A stretch of 64,000 nucleotides of DNA from Promethearchaeota archaeon (GTDB lineage Archaea; Asgardarchaeota; Lokiarchaeia; Sigyniarchaeales; SOKP01). The notes beneath the pieces were generated by a model, which saw nothing but the letters and a program-made list of their open reading frames with translations, ran no database searches and was not told the DNA's origin. Position 1 is the first letter of the stretch. Each line of letters starts with the position of its first letter. A program made the position numbers and the translations under genes. This document shows, in pieces, positions 20,307 to 30,813 of this stretch. The stretch is from the NCBI GenBank assembly GCA_048939995.1, contig JBHLOY010000003.1, forward strand, positions 64,001-128,000, read 5' to 3'.

Positions 20307-21728
20307 ATTAATTAGAGTCTCTAGAGCTTCTAATACTTTTTTTCCATTATCGTTTATCCTATAATATACATTCTTTCCACTTTTTTCTCTATAGATTAAC
20401 TGTTTTTCCTCTAATTCTTTCAGATGTTGATAAACTGCCGCTACACTGATAGATCCCAACATATCCTTTATTTTTGTACCATAGATTCCTTTATTACCAG
20501 CCAACGAAATTTGAGTTAAAATTTTTAGTTTAGTACTCAATAAACTGCCCATTCCTGCGGTTTTAGTTCTAGATGAGAGTGCATCTAATACATAAGGAGC
20601 CTTTAATCCACTTCCTGTTATAATACAAACTATCTTTTCATTAGCATCAAACAATCCCTGTTGATTTAAGGTCTGCAAGGCAGCTAAAGTTAAAGCTGAT
20701 GAGGGTTCAGCAAAAATTCCCTCGTTTCTAATCAATTCATCAATTGAATTTAAGATTAAATTCTCAGGAATAGCTATTGAAGAGCCCTTACTTTCTTTTA
20801 TACATCTAATTGCTAAGTCTTTAAAAATAGGTTTTTTCACAAGAATGCCTAATGCAAGTGATTTTAAGGTATCTCCTCCTCCGCTTTCTTCGGTACTTCG
20901 CTTAAAAAAACCGTCTACTATCGGAGATGATATTTGAGATTGCACTCCTATCAACTTGGGGACTTCTTGGATAATATTTGATTCTCTAAGCTCATTATAG
21001 CTTTTCCACAAACTAACTAATAACTCACCACTTCCCATTGGGATTATCATCCAATCTGGAACTCCTAATTTTTGATAAATCTCAAATCCAATAGTTTTTT
21101 GAGCTTCAATGGTGAGAGGATTATATTCACTTGTACATTGGTAATGTTCATTGTATTTTTTATCTAAAGCCAATTCAAGTGCATCATCAATGAGATCACC
21201 ATTAATGATTATTTCGGAATTATATGCAATCATTTGGGCTTTTTTCCCTATATCAATTTCACTTGGTATAATGTTTACACATTTCATGCCCTCTAAGGAA
21301 GCATATGCTGCAATCGAAGCACCTTGATTTCCATTCGAAGCGCACACTACCTTATTATATTCCCAACTTCTTGCGTGGGATATTAACAATGCAGCAGATC
21401 TATCTTTAAATGAGTTTGTGGGATTTTGAGTTTCATCCTTGAAATATAAATTTTTAAGTCCTAAAATTTCTCCTATTCGTTCTGATTCTTTACACGGGGT
21501 TCCCCCTTCTCTTTTATCTAAAGTTACAATAAATTCTTTTTCAATCTGTGGAAAAGAGAAATAGAAGTCCCAAAACGTACTGAAAGGCTTATTAAAATTA
21601 TATTTATAATTTTGAATTTTTGGCATAAACCATAATAAGCTTCCACATTGAGGACATTTATGATTAATTGAATTAAGTTCATATTTTTCTTCACAATCAC
21701 TGCAAGTTAAAATTATATGCTTCTTAAT
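20298..21728 (-). CDS. thrC: threonine synthase-like PLP enzyme with N-terminal Zn ribbon and C-terminal winged-helix fusion; probable ATT start at 21728
   Basis: NPTNSFKDR, ASNGNQG, PMGSG, EPSSA, TGSGLK; in-frame CSDC...CPQCG upstream of the ATG at 21626; C-terminal VYQHLKELEEKQLI HTH. Confidence 0.85.
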   Translation of the reverse strand: MKKHIILTCSDCEEKYELNSINHKCPQCGSLLWFMPKIQNYKYNFNKPFSTFWDFYFSFPQIEKEFIVTLDKREGGTPCKESERIGEILGLKNLYFKDETQNPTNSFKDRSAALLISHARSWEYNKVVCASNGNQGASIAAYASLEGMKCVNIIPSEIDIGKKAQMIAYNSEIIINGDLIDDALELALDKKYNEHYQCTSEYNPLTIEAQKTIGFEIYQKLGVPDWMIIPMGSGELLVSLWKSYNELRESNIIQEVPKLIGVQSQISSPIVDGFFKRSTEESGGGDTLKSLALGILVKKPIFKDLAIRCIKESKGSSIAIPENLILNSIDELIRNEGIFAEPSSALTLAALQTLNQQGLFDANEKIVCIITGSGLKAPYVLDALSSRTKTAGMGSLLSTKLKILTQISLAGNKGIYGTKIKDMLGSISVAAVYQHLKELEEKQLIYREKSGKNVYYRINDNGKKVLEALETLINLF

Positions 21729-21773
21729 TGTAAACTACCCTCTATTTTCCAATAAATCAAAAAACTATATTTA

Positions 21774-22265
21774 TTACCTTTTTAAAATCTCATTAGTTGC
21801 ATATGCAGCAATTATTTTACCAAAAAATAAATGATGACTTGCCATACTACCTGATTTGCATGAATGTACTATTCTGCATTCATAATTTAATATACAATCT
21901 TTAATTGTCGGAACTTTGGTTTTACTTCCTTCAATTATTTCTAATCCTGCTTTTTTGAACTTATCAACATTCCTACCAGAATAGGAACCCGTGATATTAA
22001 TCGCATTTTCAATTTTATCGGATGGGATATTCACAGTAAATTCATTTAATCCCTCGGTTAATAACTTAAAAGTATATCGTGATGGAGATACAGCTACAGT
22101 TATAACTGGAATTCCCCATAACTCTCCAATAGTCTTCCATAATAACGCCATGACATTAGGAATTCCTTCTTTATCCATGGCTACAAGAAGAGCAGCCTTT
22201 GACATGAATTCATTTATATATTCATATGGTGTAACTTCAATCCGATTTGATATCATTATGATCAC
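21774..22265 (-). CDS. flavin reductase family protein
   Basis: PNVM...RYT...EFTVN...GSYSGRNVDKF...ECRI...HHLFFGKI. Confidence 0.9.
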   Translation of the reverse strand: MIIMISNRIEVTPYEYINEFMSKAALLVAMDKEGIPNVMALLWKTIGELWGIPVITVAVSPSRYTFKLLTEGLNEFTVNIPSDKIENAINITGSYSGRNVDKFKKAGLEIIEGSKTKVPTIKDCILNYECRIVHSCKSGSMASHHLFFGKIIAAYATNEILKR

Positions 22266-22274
22266 TATAGTTCA

Positions 22275-22514
22275 TTAAGGCTCAAAAGTTTCATCATGTA
22301 TTAATTTATCGATCGCATCCAAACAAGCTTCTTCCCAATCATCCTCTGGGTTTACATTTTTGCAACAATCAGGACACCAGTCATCTGGATAGCCTGAATC
22401 CCAATCACCCTCTTCTAAATCTCCATTTAACATACTTCCACAATAAAAGCAAACCCCTTCATCATACCTGTCTAAAATTTCCGAAATTAGTTTTATCTTC
22501 TTCTTAGAATTCAT
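22275..22514 (-). CDS. small acidic Zn-binding protein
   Basis: CFYC...WCPDCC; 79 aa. Confidence 0.7.
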   Translation of the reverse strand: MNSKKKIKLISEILDRYDEGVCFYCGSMLNGDLEEGDWDSGYPDDWCPDCCKNVNPEDDWEEACLDAIDKLIHDETFEP

Positions 22515-22568
22515 CTTAATTTTATCATTAATTATTTTATTAGATTAATAAAAAGGAGGAATTATAAA

Positions 22569-23603
22569 TTAGTTAATCAATTTATTCGTTTCCTTTAATA
22601 ATTTCTCAGTTTTTTTCACAATGTTTTCCATTATACTTTTTACATTATCTATGGAATGAATTAGTCCTATACTTTGACCTAAAAGAACTGCTCCTTCTTT
22701 AATATCGCCATCATAAACCATTTCATAATGTTTTTGATCTTCTAAAGCTTTCTCTGGGGTTAATTCAGCTTCTAGAGCTAATTTTTCCTCTTTATTAGAT
22801 ACTGGTTTATGTGAGAGAGCATATTCATTTCGCCACAATCTAATTGGACCAAGAACACCAAGACAATATTCTGTATCGCTTGCTTTTGCGGGAGGAATAA
22901 CACTTTTATAATTATTATGAAATTCCGACTCTTTTGATGCAATAAAGCGTGATCCCATTGCTATCGCTCCAGCACCCATCGCTAAAGCTCCAGCTAGTCC
23001 CTCACCTGTAGCAAAACCCCCACATGCTATAAGTGGTGTTTCTGGATATTTCTCACTAATTTGTTGTAGTAATACTAATGTACTTACCCTTTCATAAGAT
23101 TGGTGTCCGCCTCCTTCCCAACCAGTAGCAACAATTCCATCCACCTCTGCTGAGATGCATTTATCTGCAAGCCATAATGCAGGAGCTACATGAAAATGTT
23201 TTATTTGAGAACCGCTATCTTTTAGTTTTTGAAATGCATTATTATGGATCATTTTTGGAGTTCCAGCACTAGTCACTACATATACACATTGTTCTCTTAA
23301 CTTTTGATTGTCTCTAATAAACCTTGGAATTACTCGACATAATGTCGCTGCATCAAGTTGTAGTCTAGCGGTTCTAATATTAAATCCAAAAGGTTTATCT
23401 GTATGCTCAATTACATACTCCATATTTTGCTTCATTTCCTGGACACTACTTTTCCCAAAGAGATTTGTGTGACTTAAAACGCCTAACCCTCCTGCTTCTG
23501 AAACTGCGACTGTTAGTTCAGTTGTATAAAAAGGACCCATAGGCGCAGCAACAATTGGATACTTAATTCCAAACATTTTAGTTATGTCTGTTTCTATTAC
23601 CAC
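22569..23603 (-). CDS. nitronate monooxygenase / FabK-like flavoenzyme
   Basis: PIVAAPM, VSEAGGLG, EGGGH, ACGGF, MGSRF. Confidence 0.92.
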   Translation of the reverse strand: MVIETDITKMFGIKYPIVAAPMGPFYTTELTVAVSEAGGLGVLSHTNLFGKSSVQEMKQNMEYVIEHTDKPFGFNIRTARLQLDAATLCRVIPRFIRDNQKLREQCVYVVTSAGTPKMIHNNAFQKLKDSGSQIKHFHVAPALWLADKCISAEVDGIVATGWEGGGHQSYERVSTLVLLQQISEKYPETPLIACGGFATGEGLAGALAMGAGAIAMGSRFIASKESEFHNNYKSVIPPAKASDTEYCLGVLGPIRLWRNEYALSHKPVSNKEEKLALEAELTPEKALEDQKHYEMVYDGDIKEGAVLLGQSIGLIHSIDNVKSIMENIVKKTEKLLKETNKLIN

Positions 23604-23775
23604 TTTTCTTACCTAATTTTCCTGTTTAATATTTATTAAATTATTAAATGTATTAGAATTTAAATTTTTAATAGATTAGGTAATGTAAATAGAAATTTTA
23701 CTTATTAAAAGAAATTTAGTATACTATTAATATATAAAATAATTGATTGCATAAGTATATATTATTAATAATTAG

Positions 23776-24006
23776 ACCAATTTCGCTCTTGATATTCTTC
23801 TATTCGTACCAGTCCCACCTTTTCCTATCCTGGGGGGTGTAATTACTCATATTCTCTTTATTCTACTATTCGGAGTTATAACACTATGCATCAGACAATT
23901 AATTATGGTATTATCAAAATTTTTTAAAAATAATATATCGCTTTATGCTTTGGTTATGTTCCCATTCATTATCTTCTTTATAATGTTTTTTTTTAGAATC
24001 ATCTAA
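23776..24006 (+). pseudogene. possible remnant of a membrane-protein gene
   Basis: 76 sense codons, hydrophobic (TNFALDILLFVPVPPFPILGGVITHILF...FFFRII*), directly after a TAG; first ATG only in the last 33 codons. Confidence 0.3.
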
Positions 24007-24074
24007 CATCAAATTTAATACAATCTCAACTTAATTCTTAATAACTTTCTAATATTTAATTTTAATGAGCTCTC

Positions 24075-25031
24075 ATGTACCCAGATATAATATGTTTAGG
24101 AGAATTATTAGTTGAAATTATGCGGCAACAAGTTGATATTCCTCACAGTGAAATAGGGAAGATCTATAATGGACCATACCCAAGTGGAGCTCCGGCGATT
24201 TTTATTGACTCTGTTGCTCGAATGTCGAAACCGTTCAACCTTTCAACTGGAATTTTTGGGGTCGTAGGAAATGATGAGTTCGGGGAGTGTATTATTAACA
24301 AAATTAAAACTGATGGAGTGGATATTTCAAAGGTAAGAATTTTAGATAATTATACGACGGGAATTGCATTTAATCAATATAACTCTGATGGTTCACGAAA
24401 ATTTATTTTTGCATCTGGAGCAGCAGGTAAAATCTATCCGGAAGCGATTAATGAAAAGTACTTCTCAAATGTAAAAGCTCTGCATATTACTGGTAGTGCT
24501 CTCTCTATTAGTAAAAGTTCACAAGAATCGTGTTATAAAGCGATTGAAATTGCCAAAAGAAAGAATCCTAATGTTACAATTTCATTTGATCCTAATTTGC
24601 GTTCCGAAATGCTAGATTTAGAAAAGATTTTAGAATTGAGCAAACTTGTATTGAAAAATACATTTATTTTGTTACCGAGTGGAGAAGAGGCAGAAATGTT
24701 AGCAGGAGTTGATGATGCTGTTAATGCATGCATTAGTTTATTGGATCATGGTCCTAAAGTTATAGTATTAAAACTAGGAAAAAAAGGATGTATTATATTC
24801 ACTGACAAGAATAAGAAGGGAATAGAAGTGCCTGGTTTTGAGGTAAAAGAGATTGATCCCACTGGGGCTGGTGATTCGTTCGGGGGAGCTTTCATTGTGG
24901 GATATCTTGCTGGGTGGAGTTTTGCTAAAATAGGAAGATTTGCTAACGCTGTTGGTGCTCTTAAAGTTCAGCATTTTGGTCCTATGCCAGACACTACATA
25001 TGAAGATGTTGAGATGTTTATGAAGCGTTAG
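24075..25031 (+). CDS. PfkB-family sugar kinase
   Basis: GAPAI, VGNDEFG, FDPNLR, DPTGAGDSFGGAF. Confidence 0.95.
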   Translation: MYPDIICLGELLVEIMRQQVDIPHSEIGKIYNGPYPSGAPAIFIDSVARMSKPFNLSTGIFGVVGNDEFGECIINKIKTDGVDISKVRILDNYTTGIAFNQYNSDGSRKFIFASGAAGKIYPEAINEKYFSNVKALHITGSALSISKSSQESCYKAIEIAKRKNPNVTISFDPNLRSEMLDLEKILELSKLVLKNTFILLPSGEEAEMLAGVDDAVNACISLLDHGPKVIVLKLGKKGCIIFTDKNKKGIEVPGFEVKEIDPTGAGDSFGGAFIVGYLAGWSFAKIGRFANAVGALKVQHFGPMPDTTYEDVEMFMKR

Positions 25032-27024
25032 ATCGTTTTAAATGTAAAGAAAGAACTCTAGCATTTACAATTTGATTATCTCTTACAGAGTAAATTCTAA
25101 AACCAGGTGGTTTATATTTATACAAAGCAGATATTGGACCAATTGCTTGAACTTGAAATACAAATGGTTTATTAACATCGAACCATATATTTAAATCGGA
25201 CTGATCTTTAAAAGTTTCAAACTTCTTACGATAGGTTGATGTATACACTTCACAAGGAACTTCAATATATATTGGCAAAAACCAAAAACCAAAATTTATA
25301 AGTTCAGTTTCTTGAGCTTCTTTTAACCTGTATTCTTTCAGAGTATGGGAGTGTCCACATAAAATTAGATCCACTTTTCTTCTAACTACTTTATCAGAAC
25401 CAGTAACTATTCTCAATAATGTTGCCCAGTTATACATTATTGTTTCATATTTCAAATTTAAAACAGTATCCAACCTTCCGGTATTATTTATTTTTTTCAA
25501 ATTATTTTCATGGAAATCGGACCATTCTAGTTTTCTTTTTTTAATTCCAAACTTTTTCTTATATTTCCTCTTTTTAAAAGAACTTAAATTAGGAGATATA
25601 GGAGGAGTATGCATTACAATAATAATTTTTTGATCATGAGATAATTTTATGTATGCTCTAAGTAAATCTACTTGTTCATCCTTTATTCCTTTAGTACTGG
25701 GACCCCCTTTTAATAAATCGTGAAGATCAGCAATCGAATCTTGTCCTGTATCAAGGAAAATGAAATTGTAATTGTCTCCAATTTTTAAATTATAGTTAAG
25801 ATTTGGATTAAAATATCTGAAATAATCTTTTATGTATTTATCTCGAGATTTAAGAGCTGTAAAGTAATTAAAAAATTTTGTATCATAATAACCTTTAATA
25901 TCAGAATTTGTTAGGCCAAAAATTTTATGAATCTGACCGAATCTTAAACCATAATGCTCCTTTCGATAATCATGATTTCCTACTAATGTAAAAATAGGTA
26001 CTAAAATCTCTTTTTTATTCACAAATTCCAGATCTATCCCCAAATAAGGTGGTTTATCTAAACCACGATTTAAACCTAGTAATATATCGAATAAAACATG
26101 AAAGTTGTTAGCATATTGATAATTTCCCTTTGCAATTTTTAAATAATCTATTAAATCTCCTGTCATCAAAATAAAATCTAACTGATTTCTTCTTGCTCGT
26201 TCATTTACGAAATTTATAAACAATCTTAAATTGTAATTAAAGTTATATTTAGCATATCTTAAATCCTCATATTTATCTTTGTGAAAGTCATCTCTGTATT
26301 CAAATTCTCTATTTAAGACAAAATCATCTATCTTTTTAAGCCTTCTTTTATTCTTTTCATAATATTTCATTTGAGCTCTTACTTTTTCTTTAATAAAGTG
26401 TAAAATGAAATCATTTCTCCTTGCTATATGAAAATCTGACGCGTGAATGAACTCAAAATTATCCCAGTCCTTATCATAAATTGCGAGACTATGGAAATTT
26501 ATCTTATTATCACTCCGATTAGGAATATCATGCACTAAATCGAATAATAAATATTCTCTGTCATATTCATTTAATAAATTTTGAATTTTTTTGATAATAG
26601 GGATTTCAATTTTAAATTTAATTTGATATAATTCTTTTCTTATTCCATATAGATCATCTAAGTGCAATGCTGAATTAAAAATATCCCATATAATACAACT
26701 CTGGAACTCGAGAACAGCCTGTTCTCTAAAATCAAGTTTTTCTACTTTTGAAATTTCAATTGGAGTGATAGGATATAAATCACCCCTTCTTTGCTGAAAT
26801 TCTCCTTCATCTTTTAAAATGGGTTGAACAAATATGTTTAAATGAAAATATTCTAATATTCTTTTAACTGAATGGGAACTTTTGCTAACAATTAAAGCTT
26901 CAAAGGTAATTTGTTTATTATATTCTTTGAATTCATCTCTAAAATCCTTTAAGTTAAGGAGTATTGGTTGCCCTAAGTTTGGTTTTATAATTAGTGGAAA
27001 GCTTCCCTCGGTTGGATCTAACAT
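25018..27024 (-). CDS. calcineurin-like metallophosphoesterase with large N-terminal extension and inserts
   Basis: SDFH, TGDLID, GNHD, HTP, GHSH motifs. Confidence 0.88.
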   Translation of the reverse strand: MLDPTEGSFPLIIKPNLGQPILLNLKDFRDEFKEYNKQITFEALIVSKSSHSVKRILEYFHLNIFVQPILKDEGEFQQRRGDLYPITPIEISKVEKLDFREQAVLEFQSCIIWDIFNSALHLDDLYGIRKELYQIKFKIEIPIIKKIQNLLNEYDREYLLFDLVHDIPNRSDNKINFHSLAIYDKDWDNFEFIHASDFHIARRNDFILHFIKEKVRAQMKYYEKNKRRLKKIDDFVLNREFEYRDDFHKDKYEDLRYAKYNFNYNLRLFINFVNERARRNQLDFILMTGDLIDYLKIAKGNYQYANNFHVLFDILLGLNRGLDKPPYLGIDLEFVNKKEILVPIFTLVGNHDYRKEHYGLRFGQIHKIFGLTNSDIKGYYDTKFFNYFTALKSRDKYIKDYFRYFNPNLNYNLKIGDNYNFIFLDTGQDSIADLHDLLKGGPSTKGIKDEQVDLLRAYIKLSHDQKIIIVMHTPPISPNLSSFKKRKYKKKFGIKKRKLEWSDFHENNLKKINNTGRLDTVLNLKYETIMYNWATLLRIVTGSDKVVRRKVDLILCGHSHTLKEYRLKEAQETELINFGFWFLPIYIEVPCEVYTSTYRKKFETFKDQSDLNIWFDVNKPFVFQVQAIGPISALYKYKPPGFRIYSVRDNQIVNARVLSLHLKRSNAS

Positions 27025-27393
27025 TTCTGAAGTAGCTCAAATTTAAATTGTCATACTTTATAATAATTATTTGATTTTTGTTAATAATTAAGTTTTTCAA
27101 TATTTTTAGATAATCAAGAAATTTCTCTTATCAATTTCATATATAAACTTATCTATCTAGTTCTTTATTTTCTAACTAAAAAATTAAATATGGTTAAATT
27201 TTAAATAGATAAAAATTGTATATCTTATAAGCATCTCAAAATGGATGTATAAAATGAAATATTATTTAATCAAAAATCTATTTGATGAAATAGAAATTAA
27301 TTTTTCATATTTAAATAAGTATTAAATTTTAAATTACGAATCCTACTTTTATTTTATATCAAGTATAAAAGCTAATAATCAAAATTTTGCACA

Positions 27394-28899
27394 ATGACGG
27401 ATGAACTGAGAGAAGAGGATAGGGAAAGTAAGTCAGATAGTAAGTCAGATAGTAAGTCTGAGAAAGATGATGATCGCGTAGATAAAGAGTTTCTAAGCAA
27501 AGCAAAAGAATCAAGAGATTTAATAGATAAAAAGTTAAGAAGCTTTGAAAATAGTATTGAAGATATTTCTGATACAATTAAAAATGGTGAAACTGAAGAG
27601 GAACAGAAGGAAAAAGAAGAAATTCCAAGTGAGGAATTAAGTGAAGAAATTGAGAAAGAAATATTAAAACTTGAAAATTTAAAAAAGAAGGTTGATGATA
27701 AAGAGGAATATCTAGCTGCTCTCGAAGAAACTATAAAAGATTTAACAGAACGATACAATAGAAAAAATGAAGAAATGCAGAATCTCGAAGAAAGACTGAA
27801 AATTACTCAAGAAAGTAAAGAAACTCTTGAAGAAGAATATAAAGAACTGATAAAGAATAATGAACAGTTAGTTAAAACCTATGAAACGCGTCAAGTTGAT
27901 TTAATAGTACTAACCGATAGTGTGAAGGAAAAAGTTACAACTCAAGATGAATTGAGAACCAAAATTGCTAAATTTAACCAAGAGATTCAAGAAAAAGAAG
28001 AAAATATTGAAAAGTTAAAAGAAGAATCAGAGGCTTTGGAAAAGAAAATTAAAAGCTTAACAGCAGAAAATGAGACTCTAAAGGTTTCAATTGGAAAGAA
28101 TAGATTTGAACTAGATCATACTAATAAAGAAATTGAAGCAAAAGAAGAGGAAAAGAAACTGTTATCAGAACAACTAGAGAAAAAAGAACAAAGAATAAAA
28201 ACAATTGAACAACAAATCGAAGATTATAAACAAGGTTTTCCTGAGATGGAGAAACAAAGACAAACATATGAAGAACTATTAGCTAAATATAAAGTTCAAT
28301 TAACTGAAAAGCAACAACAATTAATCGAAACTGAATCTAGAATTCAAGATTTGACAGAATCTTTAACTTCTTATGATGAACAGATATCAAAAAAAGAGAA
28401 TTTAATAGAAGCTAATCAAAAAAGGTTAGACGACCTAAAAAAGGATATAGATAGCACAAATATGGAATATATTGAAAGAGAAGAAAGATTGCATTCACTT
28501 ACTGAAAAATTAGAATTTATGCAAGCTGAACATGACAAATTAAGCAAAGCAAAAGAAGTAATAGAAAAAAGCACAAATGAATCTAAAGCACTACTTCAAA
28601 AGCTAAAGATAGAATTAGATAATCAGGAAGAAGAAATAAGAGACAAAGAAAGTAGAATTCATAGATTGGAGACTCTTTCATTTATATATAGACTCTCAAA
28701 ATTCTTTGGAGGAATATTGATTGGAGTGGGTATATTTTTTATTATTCTTGTAATAGGGGATGCATTTAACTTCATTAATTTTGGAGATATTGAAATTATA
28801 AATCTTGGAGCTTTAAGTTTAGGGGTAGTAGGCCTATTACTGTTAATAAGTGCTTTATTTTTAATTATTTCTGGTATATTTCATCTAGAAAAATCCTAA
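27394..28899 (+). CDS. long coiled-coil protein with two C-terminal TM helices
   Basis: About 400 aa of E/K/Q-rich heptads followed by two hydrophobic segments. Confidence 0.85.
   Translation: MTDELREEDRESKSDSKSDSKSEKDDDRVDKEFLSKAKESRDLIDKKLRSFENSIEDISDTIKNGETEEEQKEKEEIPSEELSEEIEKEILKLENLKKKVDDKEEYLAALEETIKDLTERYNRKNEEMQNLEERLKITQESKETLEEEYKELIKNNEQLVKTYETRQVDLIVLTDSVKEKVTTQDELRTKIAKFNQEIQEKEENIEKLKEESEALEKKIKSLTAENETLKVSIGKNRFELDHTNKEIEAKEEEKKLLSEQLEKKEQRIKTIEQQIEDYKQGFPEMEKQRQTYEELLAKYKVQLTEKQQQLIETESRIQDLTESLTSYDEQISKKENLIEANQKRLDDLKKDIDSTNMEYIEREERLHSLTEKLEFMQAEHDKLSKAKEVIEKSTNESKALLQKLKIELDNQEEEIRDKESRIHRLETLSFIYRLSKFFGGILIGVGIFFIILVIGDAFNFINFGDIEIINLGALSLGVVGLLLLISALFLIISGIFHLEKS
27427..27458 (+). 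repeat. 12-bp in-frame tandem repeat (AGTAAGTCAGAT, about 2.7 copies; SKSD)
   Basis: agtaagtcagat agtaagtcagat agtaagtc. Confidence 0.7.
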
Positions 28900-28947
28900 A
28901 AGACTAAGTTTTTCATAACCTCAAATAACTATATTTGTTGAATAGAA

Positions 28948-30813
28948 TTGAGTGAAACTAAAAAGGAAATCACGTTACCGAAAAGAACACTTAGCTTATC
29001 TCAGGCCATTATTTATGGAGTTGGATGTGGGATTGGAGGGTCAATATTCGTCCTTCTAGGTGTTGGAATTGAGAGTGCTGGTCCTGGAATATTATTAAGT
29101 TTGATTTTAGGAGGAATTCTTATTTTTTTTACTGCCCTTAATTATGCAGAATTATCTACAAGTTTACCAATAGCTGGTGGAGCATATAATTTTACTAAAG
29201 AAGGATTAGGAGGGTTCCTAGCTTTCATTATTGGTTTCTTTTTATGGATAGCTAATACTGCAGCTTGTTCTTTTTCAGCACAAACATTTGCTTTAGTTAT
29301 AAATGAAATTTTTAAAGAAAATAATGTAATATTGACAACGCCCTTCATAATTCTTGTAGGTATTTTACCAGTATTATTAACAAGTTTAGTTATATTTAAA
29401 ACCCAGAAAATTGCTATAAGAGTTTTATTAATATTTACAATAATTCTTATTGGAATGTTCGGATTCTTTGTAATTTCAGCTTTAATATTACCAGCATTTC
29501 AAATATCAAACGGTTACTCTGGTTTCATATTTTCAGACACTAGTTTTTTCGGTATAATCTCAGCATTTTCACTGTTATTTATTTTATACACAACAATAAC
29601 TTCTAACTTAGCCTTTTTGAATGCGGATTTAAAAAATCCTTCAAAAAATATTCCAAAAACATACATATATGCAATTTTGATAACAATCGGCATATATCTG
29701 TCAATTACATTAGCGGCACTCATTAATGTGGAAGTGACTGATTTAAGTGGAACGCCAGTTTTATTAGCAGATATTTTAAAAAGTATATTAGGACCATTTG
29801 GATATTATTTTATGGCTACGGCAGCTTTAATTTCCACACTTATAGCTATTAATGCTGCTTTAGGATCAGCAGTTAGTGTTATAACAGCATTAGCACGGGA
29901 TCGATATATTCCCAAAAAAGTTAAAGCAATAAAAAAAAGAACAGATATGCCTGCTTTGGCTTTAACAATTACTGCTTTCTTAGCAATCGTTTTTACTATT
30001 TTTGCTGGAATAGGACTAACCGCGGAAACTACAAATCTTATCTACTTTATCGCTCTAGCCTCCATTAATTATGCTGCATTTAAATTAAGACGAAAAAGGA
30101 AAGAACTAGATCGCCCTTTTAAGGCTCCATTCTTTCCTTATCTTCCAATTCTGCTATTTATTTGCTTTCTGACTTTTTCAGTAATATTTGGAATTATATT
30201 TTCAATTGGGGCTCTTATCTTAGGAATTACTATTTCAGTAATAGGAGTATCATACTATTTGATAACAATAGCCGATAAACCATCAATTTCTTTAACATTA
30301 TCAGGCATCAAGTTTTTTGTAGTTATTGGTGTCGGATTTATAATATGGATGATAAACAATTTTTCAGTTTTAAATTCAATTACTATCTTTATCAACCGTC
30401 TTTTAATAGGAATATCTGTTTTTACTATTAGTACCATAATTTTCGATCTTTTTCCACTTCGTGTGGTTATTTATTATTTTATTAAAAAAGTAGATAAACA
30501 AAAGGTAGCAATAAGGTTTGGGGATGCTCAAATTATCGAATTAGGAAAAAAACGATTAAGGATTATACATTTAATAAATATAGTAATAATTTTCTTTCAA
30601 TTTGTTTCAGTTGTTTTGATTTTTTCTATTGTTTATCTATTGACAAATAATATAATAGTTATTGAAGAGATAAATCTTGGCACTACGATTATAACTCCAG
30701 AAGCAGCAACTTTTTTCTTTACCTCAGTTTTAATATTTTTTGGGATTATTCTCTCCTTTAGTGGCTCTGTATTATGGTATAGAAATAGAGAAATGAAAGA
30801 ACTAGGAATTTAA
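28948..30813 (+). CDS. APC-family amino acid permease with extra C-terminal TM region
   Basis: IGGSIF, YAELSTSLPIAGGAY, KNPSKNIP, RPFKAPFFP. Confidence 0.92.
   Translation: MSETKKEITLPKRTLSLSQAIIYGVGCGIGGSIFVLLGVGIESAGPGILLSLILGGILIFFTALNYAELSTSLPIAGGAYNFTKEGLGGFLAFIIGFFLWIANTAACSFSAQTFALVINEIFKENNVILTTPFIILVGILPVLLTSLVIFKTQKIAIRVLLIFTIILIGMFGFFVISALILPAFQISNGYSGFIFSDTSFFGIISAFSLLFILYTTITSNLAFLNADLKNPSKNIPKTYIYAILITIGIYLSITLAALINVEVTDLSGTPVLLADILKSILGPFGYYFMATAALISTLIAINAALGSAVSVITALARDRYIPKKVKAIKKRTDMPALALTITAFLAIVFTIFAGIGLTAETTNLIYFIALASINYAAFKLRRKRKELDRPFKAPFFPYLPILLFICFLTFSVIFGIIFSIGALILGITISVIGVSYYLITIADKPSISLTLSGIKFFVVIGVGFIIWMINNFSVLNSITIFINRLLIGISVFTISTIIFDLFPLRVVIYYFIKKVDKQKVAIRFGDAQIIELGKKRLRIIHLINIVIIFFQFVSVVLIFSIVYLLTNNIIVIEEINLGTTIITPEAATFFFTSVLIFFGIILSFSGSVLWYRNREMKELGI

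Noticed and set aside
27359-27758. Antisense ORFs of 72 and 128 aa
   Set aside because: Shadows of the E/K-rich coiled-coil gene; low complexity
27394-28899. SMC/Rad50 annotation
   Set aside because: No Walker A/B, signature or hinge motifs, and it has C-terminal TMs
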